From Methanocaldococcus indicus (lineage in GTDB: Archaea; AGJL01; Methanococci; Methanococcales; Methanocaldococcaceae): a stretch of DNA of 64,000 nucleotides. The translations under genes and the position numbers were made by a program. The notes under the pieces are model-generated. The model was not told the DNA's origin. It worked only from the letters and a program-made list of their open reading frames with translations, and made no database searches. The stretch spans positions 1,056,001-1,120,000 of the forward strand of contig NZ_CP186926.1 in the NCBI RefSeq assembly GCF_049554935.1. Reading direction: 5' to 3'. The first letter of the stretch is position 1, and every line of letters starts with the position of its first letter. Below, piece after piece: positions 10,034 to 20,135 of the stretch.

Positions 10034-11131
10034 TTAAATTTTTGGAATATTTAATTTTTCTCTAATTATTTTCTTTCTTTTTAATCCTGTTTCACTAAAT
10101 TCAACTCTTGATTGTACTCCTGTAACAACCAATAATACCCTAACTGTATCTTCCAATTTGTCATCTATTGTAGCCCCCCATATAATAGTAGCTTCTGGGT
10201 CTAGCCTTTCTGAGACTGTTCCAACAACTTCCTTAGCTTCCTCTAATGTTAAGTTTTCAGGACCCATTACATGGATTAGGGCTCCTTTAGCACCATCAAT
10301 ATCAACATCCAACAATGGAGATTTTAGAGCTTGGTTTATAGCTTCCTTAGCTCTTTTTTCTCCCTCTCCTTCCCCTATCCCAATCATTGCTAAGCCTCCA
10401 TCAGACATAACAGCTTTTACATCTGCAAAATCAACATTAATTAATCCATCTTTTGTTATTAACTCTACTAATCCTCTAACAGAGTTTATTAAAACTTCAT
10501 CAGCTACTTTGAAAGCTAATGTTAAAGGCATTTTAGGAACAATTTCAAATAACTTCTCATTTGGAATAACTACTAATGTGTCAGTATTTTGTCTTAACTT
10601 CTTTAAACCTTCCATTGCATTTCTCATTCTAACTTTTCCTTCCATTTCAAATGGTAAAGTAACAACTGCAACAGTTAAAGCACCTATTTTTTTAGCTATT
10701 TCAGCAACAACTGGAGCAGAACCTGTTCCAGTCCCTCCTCCTAATCCACATGTAATAAATACCATATCAGAATCTTGAATAGCTGCTTTAATCTCTTCTG
10801 CACTCTCCTTAGCTGCTTCTTCTCCAATTTTTGGATTTCCACCAGCTCCAAGCCCTCTTGTTAATTTTCTCCCAATAAGGATTTTTTTATCTGCTTTTGT
10901 TCTTATAAGTTGTTGAGCATCTGTGTTTATAGCAACTGTTTTAGCTCCTTCAATACCTTCTAAATATAATCTTGTTATTGTATTGTTCCCAGCACCTCCA
11001 CAACCTACAACAGTAATTCTTGCCCTTGTTTGTTGTAGGAACTCTAATAATATTTTGTCATCCTCAGATAATTCTATATCATCTTCTAATGGAACTTCTT
11101 CATCTTTTAAAACTTTCTCTAAAAATTTCAC
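10034..11131 (-). CDS. ftsZ: Cell division GTPase FtsZ (FtsZ1 type)
   Basis: [25 protein letters not shown]. Confidence 0.98.
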   Translation of the reverse strand: MKFLEKVLKDEEVPLEDDIELSEDDKILLEFLQQTRARITVVGCGGAGNNTITRLYLEGIEGAKTVAINTDAQQLIRTKADKKILIGRKLTRGLGAGGNPKIGEEAAKESAEEIKAAIQDSDMVFITCGLGGGTGTGSAPVVAEIAKKIGALTVAVVTLPFEMEGKVRMRNAMEGLKKLRQNTDTLVVIPNEKLFEIVPKMPLTLAFKVADEVLINSVRGLVELITKDGLINVDFADVKAVMSDGGLAMIGIGEGEGEKRAKEAINQALKSPLLDVDIDGAKGALIHVMGPENLTLEEAKEVVGTVSERLDPEATIIWGATIDDKLEDTVRVLLVVTGVQSRVEFSETGLKRKKIIREKLNIPKI

Positions 11132-11325
11132 AACTATTCACCTTGACAGCAAATATTATGTTTTATTATAATTATTGTATATATATTACTTGTCACATTA
11201 ATATATTACCTTATATTACCTTTAAATTCTACTATGTGAATATAAATTCATATAAGGAGTATAAAAATGTATTGTTTTTTTAATAATTATTCCTCAAATT
11301 TAAAAATATTTTGTTGTGAGATATT

Positions 11326-12435
11326 ATGGCAAAAATTCCAAAATTACCAAAAAAACCAAGAGAAATAGCAAAACAGAAAATAATTGATTTAGCTAAACAG
11401 ATGTATAATGATTTAATGAGAGGTTTAAGACCAAAGATAAAGATGCCTATAAGAAGTTTATCTAATGCTATGTTTGATAAAGAGAAAGGTTCTTTCAAAT
11501 TAGTTGGAAAAGAAAAAGAGAGAACTCTAACAGTAAATCAAGCTAAAATCTTTGCTCAAACAACTAAAATGATGGAATTTGCTAAACAACTATTAGACAC
11601 TGATGACTTTTCTACTTTGAGAGAAGCATATTATGTTTCAAAAAACTGGGGAGAGGCAAGATTTGATGACCAACAAGCATCTAACAATGTAATAGAAGAT
11701 TTAGAAGCTGCATTAGGAGTTTTAAGAGAACATTTAGGTTTTATCCCAGAAGAGGATGGTTCTGCTGTTGTAGGTAATTTAAAGATTATTGAAGAAACTC
11801 CTGAAGGTGAGTTGGTAGTTGATTGTAGAAGATTAGGTAGTGGTGCATACAATATTCCAAATGATATAACTAAGCTAAACTTAGAAACTAATGCAGATTT
11901 TATATTAGCAATAGAGACAAGTGGTATGTTTGCAAGGTTAAATGCTGAGAGATTTTGGGATAAACATAACTGTATCCTTGTATCCTTAAAAGGGGTTCCA
12001 GCAAGAGCTACAAGAAGATTTATAAAGAGATTACATGAAGAATTTGATTTACCAGTCTATGTCTTTACTGATGGAGACCCTTATGGTTATTTAAATATAT
12101 ATAGAACTTTAAAGGTAGGTAGTGGGAAATCTATACATTTGGCTGATAAATTAGCTATTCCATCAGCAAGATTGATAGGTATAACTCCACAAGATATTAT
12201 AGATTACAACTTACCAACACATCCATTAAAAGAGCAGGACATTAAGAGAATAAAAGATGGATTAAAGAATGATGATTTTGTTAGAAACTTCCCAGAGTGG
12301 CAAAAAGCTTTAAAACAGATGTTAGATATGAAAGTGAGAGCAGAACAGCAATCTTTGGCTAAGTATGGTTTAAAGTATGTTGTTGATACATATCTTCCAG
12401 AGAAGTTAAAAGATGATAGCACATGGCTACCTTAA
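11326..12435 (+). CDS. top6A: DNA topoisomerase VI subunit A
   Basis: TLREAYY (catalytic Tyr), TOPRIM IETSG and DGDPYG, AEQQ. Confidence 0.97.
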   Translation: MAKIPKLPKKPREIAKQKIIDLAKQMYNDLMRGLRPKIKMPIRSLSNAMFDKEKGSFKLVGKEKERTLTVNQAKIFAQTTKMMEFAKQLLDTDDFSTLREAYYVSKNWGEARFDDQQASNNVIEDLEAALGVLREHLGFIPEEDGSAVVGNLKIIEETPEGELVVDCRRLGSGAYNIPNDITKLNLETNADFILAIETSGMFARLNAERFWDKHNCILVSLKGVPARATRRFIKRLHEEFDLPVYVFTDGDPYGYLNIYRTLKVGSGKSIHLADKLAIPSARLIGITPQDIIDYNLPTHPLKEQDIKRIKDGLKNDDFVRNFPEWQKALKQMLDMKVRAEQQSLAKYGLKYVVDTYLPEKLKDDSTWLP

Positions 12436-13194
12436 ACTTTCTCTTAATATAATTAATTTTTCTCTAATTTTGTGATTTCCTACTTTCCTTGCAATACTTA
12501 ATAAACTATCAAACTCATCATAGAACTTTTTTATCTTATTTTCCTCAACTCTATTAATTTTTAGGTTAATTAAAAAGAGGGATTCATAATCAAAAGATGA
12601 TTTGTTTCTTTTATTTTCTATATATTCTTTTAGCATTTCTAAACTTTCTAATAATAACCTTTTCTTTTCTAAAAATTCTTCAGAAATTTTTCTTTTCTTT
12701 CTACCTAATAAAAGTAGTTCTATCTCACTTTTTAATTCATAACTTCCAACTTTTAAAGCTAAATTCCCAATACTCCTCACTTCACTATAAAAATCTAAAA
12801 CTATTCCTCTATCTAATCTTAAAATCTTTAATGTTATTAAATTAAGAACATCTCTATCTAAATCATCTTTAAAAGGTTTTTTGTCAATATAGTTCTTTAA
12901 TAATTCTAAAACTTCAATTAATTTTTTTATTTTTTGTTTTTGACTCTGATTTAATCTTTTTTTGTCTCCATAAACAGCATAATTAATTTCTTTCCTTAGC
13001 TCATAACTTCCAAGATTTTTAGAAATCTCAACAATCTTCATTTTAATTGGCTCTATATCCTCCTCTAAAAGTTTCCCTTTTTCTAAATAGTCAATTAATT
13101 TTCTAATTATTACTCTCTCATCACTTCCAGGTTTTGCATAATTTTCTAATATCTCCAATATAAATATGAATCTTTCAGATATCTCTAACAACAT
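12427..13194 (-). CDS. Hypothetical helical protein with three internal ~85-aa repeats
   Basis: Recurring LExLxxYI...LI..KI...GSYEL/GNHKI units. Confidence 0.65.
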   Translation of the reverse strand: MLLEISERFIFILEILENYAKPGSDERVIIRKLIDYLEKGKLLEEDIEPIKMKIVEISKNLGSYELRKEINYAVYGDKKRLNQSQKQKIKKLIEVLELLKNYIDKKPFKDDLDRDVLNLITLKILRLDRGIVLDFYSEVRSIGNLALKVGSYELKSEIELLLLGRKKRKISEEFLEKKRLLLESLEMLKEYIENKRNKSSFDYESLFLINLKINRVEENKIKKFYDEFDSLLSIARKVGNHKIREKLIILRESLR

Positions 13195-13248
13195 ATTTAT
13201 TCACAGCATTTATTACTTTAATATTATCATTTTAAAGAGGTGATATTT

Positions 13249-14226
13249 TTGGGTGTTCCTATTGGTGAATACATTCCTAAAAAAATTATTGATTTTAAAG
13301 ATTTAAAAAATAAGTGGGTAGCAATAGATGGATTTAATGCAATATATCAATTTTTATCATCAATTAGATTGAAAGATGGCTCACCATTAAAAAATAAAAA
13401 AGGTGAGATAACATCTGCATATAATGGAATATTCTATAAAACCATAAATTTATTGGAAAAAGATATTTATCCAATTTGGGTGTTTGATGGAGAACATCCT
13501 GAATTAAAGAAAAAAACAAAAGAGCTAAGGGCAAAAGAAAAAGAAAAAGCTAAAGAGAAATTAGAGGAGGCCATAAAAAAAGGAAAAGATGAAGATATAT
13601 TAAAGTATGCTAAGAGAACATCTTCTGTTAATAACAAGATGATTGAAAACTGCAAATATCTACTAAAACTTATGGGCATTCCTTATGTGCAAGCACCATC
13701 AGAAGGAGAAGCACAGGCAAGTTATATGGCTAAAAAAGGAGATGTCTATGCAGTTGTGAGTCAAGATTATGATTCTCTTTTATATGGTGCCCCAAGAATT
13801 GTAAGAAATCTAACATCTACAGGAGAAAATTTGGAGTTGATAGAGTTAAATGAGGTCTTGGAAGATTTAAAATTAGATTTAGATAGTTTAATAGATTTAG
13901 CTATATTAATTGGAACTGATTACAATCCAAAAGGAGTTAAAGGAATAGGATTTAAGAGAGCTTATGAACTTGTAAGAAGTGGTGTAGCAAGAAAAATCTT
14001 AGAGAAGGAGGTTGAAAACTACTATGAAATAAAGAATTTATTTAAAAATCCTAAGGTAACTGATGACTACTCTTTAAGTTTAAAACTTCCTGATAAGGAA
14101 GGATTATATAAATTTTTAGTTGAAGAAAATGACTTCAATCCTGAAAGAGTAAAAAAGCATATTGATAAACTTTATAACATTATAAAATCAAAAACTAAGC
14201 AAAAAACATTAGATAGTTGGTTTTAG
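13249..14226 (+). CDS. fen: Flap endonuclease 1 (start TTG 13249 after GAGGTGA)
   Basis: GVPIG, DGFNAIYQFL, APSEGEAQA, GTDYN, C-terminal PIP box QKTLDSWF. Confidence 0.97.
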   Translation: MGVPIGEYIPKKIIDFKDLKNKWVAIDGFNAIYQFLSSIRLKDGSPLKNKKGEITSAYNGIFYKTINLLEKDIYPIWVFDGEHPELKKKTKELRAKEKEKAKEKLEEAIKKGKDEDILKYAKRTSSVNNKMIENCKYLLKLMGIPYVQAPSEGEAQASYMAKKGDVYAVVSQDYDSLLYGAPRIVRNLTSTGENLELIELNEVLEDLKLDLDSLIDLAILIGTDYNPKGVKGIGFKRAYELVRSGVARKILEKEVENYYEIKNLFKNPKVTDDYSLSLKLPDKEGLYKFLVEENDFNPERVKKHIDKLYNIIKSKTKQKTLDSWF

Positions 14227-14234
14227 GTGAGCAA

Positions 14235-15356
14235 ATGAACACTTATGGAGATATGTTTAGAGTAACAGTCTTTGGAGAAAGTCATGGAAAAGCTGTTGGT
14301 GCTGTTGTAGATGGTTGTCCTGCTAATTTACCACTAACTGAGGAAGATATTCAAAAGGAGTTAGATAGAAGAAAACCAGGACAATCTATATTTTCAACTC
14401 CAAGGAAAGAGGAGGATAAAGTTGAAATTTTATCTGGAATTTTTAATGATTTGACAACTGGAGCACCAATATGCTGTTTAGTATATAACAAAAATTTTAG
14501 GAGTAAAGATTATGAAGAGTTGAAAGATATTGTTAGGCCAGGACATGCAGATTTAACTTATAGATTGAAATATAAAAATTATGATTATAGAGGAGGAGGT
14601 AGAGCAAGTGGAAGGATAACTATTGGACATGTTATTGGTGGAGCAATTGCTAAGAAACTTTTATCCTACACCTACAACATAAAAATTGTAGGATATACTA
14701 TAAAAGTAGGAAATATAGAGGGAGATTTTAACTACTACAACAATCCTAAAATTTTTGAAAATGAGTGTAGTTTAGAAAATTTAATTGAGAATATAGAAAA
14801 AAATCCATTGAGATGTCCATCTATAAATTATAGAGACATGGAAGAGTATGTATTAAATGCTATGAAAGAAGGAGACAGTGTTGGAGGTGTTATAGAGATT
14901 GTTGTTTTAAATGTCCCTGTTGGTGTGGGGAATCCTATATTTAATAAATTAAATGGTGAGTTGGCAAGAGGATTAATGAGTATAAATGCAGTTAAAGGAG
15001 TTGAAATAGGTAGAGGTTTTAAATCTGCTGAAATGTTAGGTAGTGAGATGAATGATGAGCTATACTTTGAAGATGAAAAAATAAAATTTTACTCTAACAA
15101 TTCTGGTGGAATCTTGGGAGGAATATCAACAGGACAACCAATAGTGTTGAGAATTGCTATTAAACCTACACCATCTATAAGAAAAAAACAAAGAACAATA
15201 AATTTAAAAACTCTTGAAAATGTTGAACTCTCTGTAAAAGGAAGACATGACCCTATAATAGTTCCAAGAATAATTCCTGTTGCTGAGTCAATGGTAGCTA
15301 TAACATTAGCAGATTTAATGATTAAAGGTGGATTTATACACCCATGTAGGTTATAG
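14235..15356 (+). CDS. aroC: Chorismate synthase (start ATG 14235)
   Basis: FGESHG, RPGHAD, GGGRASGR, KPTPSI, GRHDP. Confidence 0.97.
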   Translation: MNTYGDMFRVTVFGESHGKAVGAVVDGCPANLPLTEEDIQKELDRRKPGQSIFSTPRKEEDKVEILSGIFNDLTTGAPICCLVYNKNFRSKDYEELKDIVRPGHADLTYRLKYKNYDYRGGGRASGRITIGHVIGGAIAKKLLSYTYNIKIVGYTIKVGNIEGDFNYYNNPKIFENECSLENLIENIEKNPLRCPSINYRDMEEYVLNAMKEGDSVGGVIEIVVLNVPVGVGNPIFNKLNGELARGLMSINAVKGVEIGRGFKSAEMLGSEMNDELYFEDEKIKFYSNNSGGILGGISTGQPIVLRIAIKPTPSIRKKQRTINLKTLENVELSVKGRHDPIIVPRIIPVAESMVAITLADLMIKGGFIHPCRL

Positions 15357-15358
15357 TT

Positions 15359-16102
15359 ATGATTCTATTAATGGGAGGCACAAAGGATAGTGTAATTATT
15401 GGAAATGGGATAAAGAGAGAGTTAAAAGATATTGATATTATTTATACATCTACAACAGATTATGGAGGAGAATTAGCTAAATCCTTTGCATCTAAAATAA
15501 TAACTAAACCATTAGATAAAGAAAAATTAAAAAAAGTAATTTTAAGTAATAATATAAAGATATTAATTGATGCAACTCATCCCTTTGCAATAAATGCCAG
15601 TAAAAATGCTATGGAAGTATGTGAAAAACTTAATGTTAAGTATATAAGATATGAAAGAAAAGAAGAGAAAATAAAAAACAAAAATATAACTTATGTTAAA
15701 GATTTTGAGGAAGCATTTGAAATAGCTAAAAAATTTAAGAAAGTTTTTTTTATGGCTGGAATTAAGAACTTAAAAAGGGCTGTTGAAGTTTTAGGAAATA
15801 AAGTGGTGGCAAGAGTTTTACCCATATCAGTTAGTGAGGCATTAAATTATCTTCCACAAAAAAATATTGTAGCAATGTATGGAACTTTCTCAAAAGAGTT
15901 GAATAAATACTTAATCTTAGATTATGGATGTGATGCAATAATAACAAAAGAGAGTGGAGAAACAGGAGGATTTAAAGAGAAAGTATTAGGTGCTTTAGAA
16001 GCTAATGCATATGTTATTGTTGTAGAGAGACCAAAATTAAACTATCCTAATGTCTTTAATAATGTAGATGAGCTTATTAACTATTTAAAAGAAAATTTAT
16101 AA
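15359..16102 (+). CDS. cbiJ: Cobalt-precorrin-6A reductase
   Basis: GGTKDS, IDATHPFA, RYER, TKESG, VERP. Confidence 0.93.
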   Translation: MILLMGGTKDSVIIGNGIKRELKDIDIIYTSTTDYGGELAKSFASKIITKPLDKEKLKKVILSNNIKILIDATHPFAINASKNAMEVCEKLNVKYIRYERKEEKIKNKNITYVKDFEEAFEIAKKFKKVFFMAGIKNLKRAVEVLGNKVVARVLPISVSEALNYLPQKNIVAMYGTFSKELNKYLILDYGCDAIITKESGETGGFKEKVLGALEANAYVIVVERPKLNYPNVFNNVDELINYLKENL

Positions 16103-16103
16103 T

Positions 16104-16562
16104 CTATTCTATTACATTTAAATATTTTAAAATCCTTACCCATATAAGATTTAGTATTAAAACTATTGGAAATAAAATAAAGCTGATAATATTATGGATT
16201 TCATTATAGTTTAACAAATTATGATATTGAATAATTAAAATAATCCTTATTACATTAAAAAATTCTATCATAATAATACCAAAAAGAGCATATATAATTT
16301 TATAAACAATTGAGACTTTTGGTGTAGCTAAAATAAATGCTAAAAAAAGGGAGATTTCAAAAGAACATGTGCATGCTGGGATTATAACAAAAGCTATATT
16401 TTTTGAAAATATAATGTTGTTATATAATCCTAAATTTAAAATTTTTGAAATAAGTAATGCCAAAAAAACAGATAGATAATTTTCCAAAAATAAGGTAAAA
16501 AATGAATATATTATAAAAAAATATAACAAAAAAAATAAAATATATTTTTTTTTATCATCCAT
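16104..16562 (-). CDS. artD: Archaeosortase D (exosortase/archaeosortase family)
   Basis: Hydrophobic 152 aa with catalytic-triad-like IIPACTC, NVIRI and EIHN; in an operon with a PIP-CTERM protein. Confidence 0.82.
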   Translation of the reverse strand: MDDKKKYILFFLLYFFIIYSFFTLFLENYLSVFLALLISKILNLGLYNNIIFSKNIAFVIIPACTCSFEISLFLAFILATPKVSIVYKIIYALFGIIMIEFFNVIRIILIIQYHNLLNYNEIHNIISFILFPIVLILNLIWVRILKYLNVIE

Positions 16563-16776
16563 TTATAATTGCCTCTTTTACTTTATTTACTATATCAACT
16601 ACTTTATTAAGCTTTACAGTATTTGAGACAATATTTTCATTTTGTGCTTTTGTTGATGAACTTTCAACTGTCTTTAAATAATAAAATCCTAAAATAGCTG
16701 CAACTGCTACAACAGCTGCCATTAATATAGCAAATTCCATAGTAATTTGTCCTCTATTTTTTAATAATACTTTCAT
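16555..16776 (-). CDS. Class III signal peptide (pilin-like) protein
   Basis: NRG/QITMEFAIL cleavage motif followed by a hydrophobic helix. Confidence 0.88.
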   Translation of the reverse strand: MKVLLKNRGQITMEFAILMAAVVAVAAILGFYYLKTVESSSTKAQNENIVSNTVKLNKVVDIVNKVKEAIING

Positions 16777-19775
16777 TTTACTCCCCTTATTATATATATT
16801 AAAGCTATACTTGTTGATAGTATTATTAATATTTTTACATATATAGGAACTGGAATACTTTTACTTTCTTGTACAATTGTAATAAACTTAGTAGTAGAAT
16901 CTCTATTATTATCATTATCAACAACAGTTAGAGTAACTATATAAGTTCCAGGTTTGTTATAAACATGTGTTATAATTGGATTAGTTGTAGTTATTTTGGT
17001 TCCATCTCCAAAATCCCATATATATTCTACTATCTTTCCATCAATATCATAAGAGCTTGAAGCGTCAAATGTTACATTTAATCCATTTATTGTGAAATTG
17101 AATTTTGCTATTGGAGGATAATTAGTATTACCTCTAACAAATATTGTCTTTGATATAGAAGACTTTACACCTAAATCATTCCAAACAGTTAAGGTAACTG
17201 TATAATATCCTATATTTTTGTATATGTGAGTAGGATTTTTTTCTGTGGATGTAGAACCATCTCCAAAGTCCCATATATATTTTACAATATTTCCTGGATT
17301 AGATGTTGAGTTATCATAAAAATTAACAACTTCATTAACTTTTGGATACAATGGTGAGTAAGTAAAATCTGCTTTTAGGTAATAAACTGTTATTGTTTTC
17401 TTTATAGTAGATGTTGCATTTAAGTTATCGACAACAGTTAGAGTAACTATATAAGTTCCAGGTTTGTTATAAACATGTGTTATAATTGGATTAGTTGTAG
17501 TTATTTTGGTTCCATCACCAAAGTCCCATATATATTCTACTATCTTTCCATCTGGGTCATAGGAACTTAATGCATTAAAGGTTATATTATCATTATAATT
17601 TGGATATATTGGAGTGTAAGTAAAATCTGCTTTTGGAGGAAGATTTATAACACTAAATTTTTCAGTGGTAGTACCAATAGCTCCAAATCCATCCCAAACT
17701 GTTAATATAGCAGTATAATTACCAATAGGGAATTTGTGATAAATTATTTTTAACTCATTTGATGAATAATTCCATACTATATCTCCAGAGGAATTATAGA
17801 CAGTTAAATTAAATCCGTATATTTTTGCAGGAGGTTCATCTGGAGAAATGATATAACCTGAACCATCTGATAATTCTCTATTTGCATCAGGGTCATAAGA
17901 GTTTAGAGGATTAAATACAACTGAATCTCTATAACTTGCAGGATTTGGGTATATATAAAGAACAGCAACTGGATTATGGTTGTTTATAACCTTAACTTGT
18001 CTTGGTAGGAAATAAACTTTAGGGTCATATCCTTCAATGTAGTAAATTCCTTCTCTATTGATTTTATATGTTAAATTTTCAAATGATGTAACATAACTTA
18101 CATATTTTTCGGCATATTGGCATATTAAACCTGAATAGCCAATATAATAAAGTTCATCTAATAGTATATTGTTCTTTGTGTAATCAAGTAGATAAATCTC
18201 TAAGTAACCACCAATATAATTTTTAGGATATTTATAAATAACATTGAATGGCTCTCCTACTTTAACAATTGTTGGATTGATCCATAGCATTGAGCTGATA
18301 ATTTTATTATTCTTTATGACAGGACCAAAACCTACAGAAACTATTCCATTTTCATCAATTATCATTACATGTGCTTGATAATCAACATCATTATTTGGAT
18401 ATATATGAGTTGGAGAATTATCTAATGAATAAGTTCCATCTCCAAAACTCCAGAATACAAGTACTGGCTTACTATAAGGATATTCATAGGAATACTTTAT
18501 TCCACCATTAGTTTCTTCTGCTTTAACTACAACATCATAGTGGGTTTTTTGCTTTAATTTAAGTTCAATTGGAGAGCTTATTACCTTTGACCATAACTCA
18601 ACAATTCTATTGTCTTTATCATAAGATTTAAAGAATGTATTTTCATTAATAGTTGTAGGAATAATTTTATAAGTTGTATCTCCTACATCACCAACAACTA
18701 AATAATCTAATGTAGCAGAGGATGCAATAGAGTAATCTCCCCACCTATCTACATCCATCCAACAAATTGGATAGATAAATGGGAATTTATAAACATGTTC
18801 TCTCCCATAATTTGAATTGTATAATTTATAAGATGTTTCACTTCCATCTCCAAAGAATAAGAATATTTTAGTATAGTCCTCAGCGTCTTTAGGTTTAATA
18901 TATATAGGTTCATTTACTCTATATGCCATAGCATATTCATCTTCAACATTTACAGCTCCACTTTCATTCATTACATAATTTTCATTTCTTATAGGTTCAA
19001 AATATCCACCTCTTGGTCTATTTACTTTAATCCCACTATCCAAATAACCAACCATCACTCTACCAAAATTATCAATAACCAACACTCTTGGGTAGTAAAT
19101 TCCTGGTTTAGTATATATATGAGTCGGTGATTTCTCAAAAGAGAAAGTTCCATCTCCAAAACACCAAACATTAAATATAATGTTTCTATTTATAGAATAG
19201 TTAAATTTTACAGAATCTCCTTCTACAATCTCTGTTTTATCTACATTAATATCTACAGGAGTGGTATCTACACTTAATCCTAAAAATTTTACATTTATTG
19301 GACTTTCAGAGTAGTATTTTATGATTACTGTGTTATTTGTTGAATTATATAGTACTTCCCAATTTGTTTTTGAATTTGAAGGGCTACCATTAAAGATATA
19401 TGTTGTATTATAAATATTTCCAATTATTATCCAATTGTATGTTAATGCCTTTGAATATCCAGTGTTGTTTAAATATCCGCACCATGCAACTGGGTAGGCA
19501 AATGGAAATGTATATGTATGATTGACTACTTTATTATCTCCATAATCTGTTTCTACTAAATCTCCAAAATCCCATTTTGTATATCCATTATTAATAATAT
19601 CTTGAGCTACTGAATTAGGAGCTAATGCCTCAAATATTATAGTATTATTTACTTCTCCTGTATAGTTAGAGATATTCATTGTATTGTTGTGTATTAAAAT
19701 AATATTTCCATTTACATTTATATACAAAAATAAAAATAATAAAAATATTAAACCATATGGTTTATGTGTTTTCAT
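16773..19775 (-). CDS. Multi-PKD-domain cell-surface protein with C-terminal PIP-CTERM-like sorting signal
   Basis: Signal peptide; repeated WDFGDG...PTHIY..PG.Y.V.LTV; C-terminus SIPVP + TM + RGVK. Confidence 0.9.
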   Translation of the reverse strand: MKTHKPYGLIFLLFLFLYINVNGNIILIHNNTMNISNYTGEVNNTIIFEALAPNSVAQDIINNGYTKWDFGDLVETDYGDNKVVNHTYTFPFAYPVAWCGYLNNTGYSKALTYNWIIIGNIYNTTYIFNGSPSNSKTNWEVLYNSTNNTVIIKYYSESPINVKFLGLSVDTTPVDINVDKTEIVEGDSVKFNYSINRNIIFNVWCFGDGTFSFEKSPTHIYTKPGIYYPRVLVIDNFGRVMVGYLDSGIKVNRPRGGYFEPIRNENYVMNESGAVNVEDEYAMAYRVNEPIYIKPKDAEDYTKIFLFFGDGSETSYKLYNSNYGREHVYKFPFIYPICWMDVDRWGDYSIASSATLDYLVVGDVGDTTYKIIPTTINENTFFKSYDKDNRIVELWSKVISSPIELKLKQKTHYDVVVKAEETNGGIKYSYEYPYSKPVLVFWSFGDGTYSLDNSPTHIYPNNDVDYQAHVMIIDENGIVSVGFGPVIKNNKIISSMLWINPTIVKVGEPFNVIYKYPKNYIGGYLEIYLLDYTKNNILLDELYYIGYSGLICQYAEKYVSYVTSFENLTYKINREGIYYIEGYDPKVYFLPRQVKVINNHNPVAVLYIYPNPASYRDSVVFNPLNSYDPDANRELSDGSGYIISPDEPPAKIYGFNLTVYNSSGDIVWNYSSNELKIIYHKFPIGNYTAILTVWDGFGAIGTTTEKFSVINLPPKADFTYTPIYPNYNDNITFNALSSYDPDGKIVEYIWDFGDGTKITTTNPIITHVYNKPGTYIVTLTVVDNLNATSTIKKTITVYYLKADFTYSPLYPKVNEVVNFYDNSTSNPGNIVKYIWDFGDGSTSTEKNPTHIYKNIGYYTVTLTVWNDLGVKSSISKTIFVRGNTNYPPIAKFNFTINGLNVTFDASSSYDIDGKIVEYIWDFGDGTKITTTNPIITHVYNKPGTYIVTLTVVDNDNNRDSTTKFITIVQESKSIPVPIYVKILIILSTSIALIYIIRGVK
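16921..17552. repeat. 122-bp near-identical direct repeat (16921-17042 and 17431-17552) encoding two PKD domain cores
   Basis: 120/122 identical by eye; both differences synonymous. Confidence 0.9.
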
Positions 19776-19808
19776 TACGTATCAACCTAAAATATTGTTA
19801 AGTTTTAA

Positions 19809-19965
19809 CCGTTTCCCATTTCCATAGCTTATCATTGCATTTAATAACTTCTCATACAAACCGACAGCTATGGGAATGGGTTGTCCTTAACCCATAACTT
19901 CATCGGGAACACCGTTCCCTCTGCTATAGGCTCATTGGACTTCGGGCTGAACGGAGACAGCCCCA
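19809..19965 (-). ncRNA. Putative TnpB omega/reRNA-like (sotRNA/HgcC-like) structured RNA
   Basis: Stems at 19944-49/19958-63, 19905-10/19914-19, 19876-82/19889-95 and a 14/15-bp stem 19815-29/19866-80, in a GC-rich patch of an AT-rich genome. Confidence 0.6.
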
Positions 19966-20074
19966 TGAATCTTTTTATCAAATTAAATACAGCTACTGCA
20001 TCTCTATCGGCATAAAACCCACAATCAAAGCAATACATTAGCCTCAAAGGCAGAGCCCTATCATCGGCTAACAT
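19809..20074 (-). mobile_element. tnpB remnant (IS200/IS605 or IS607 type): C-terminal zinc-ribbon fragment plus structured right end
   Basis: CFDCGFYADRDAVAVFNL matches the TnpB CxxCG-x3-DRD-x2-A-x-N terminus; GC-rich hairpin region follows. Confidence 0.78.
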
Positions 20075-20135
20075 ATATGTTTAAGAGTAATTTATATGTT
20101 ATTGTATGCTACGAAAACTAAGAAACTGTTTCGAA

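Noticed and set aside
10158-10778. 206-aa plus-strand ORF and the many similar antisense ORFs in the track (e.g. 7416-7862, 8456-8941, 30243-30671, 32109-32543)
   Set aside because: Shadow frames opposite well-supported genes, with Ser/Phe/Ile-rich antisense composition.
11020-11283. 87-aa ORF across the ftsZ/top6A intergenic region
   Set aside because: Overlaps ftsZ in antisense, low-complexity AT-rich translation, no SD.
16921-17552. Diversity-generating retroelement TR/VR pair
   Set aside because: Both copies are inside the same ORF, only two synonymous differences, and no reverse transcriptase in the window.
19868-20074. 68-aa ORF as a functional protein
   Set aside because: It is a tnpB C-terminal fragment reading through the structured RNA region; RuvC motifs I and II are missing.
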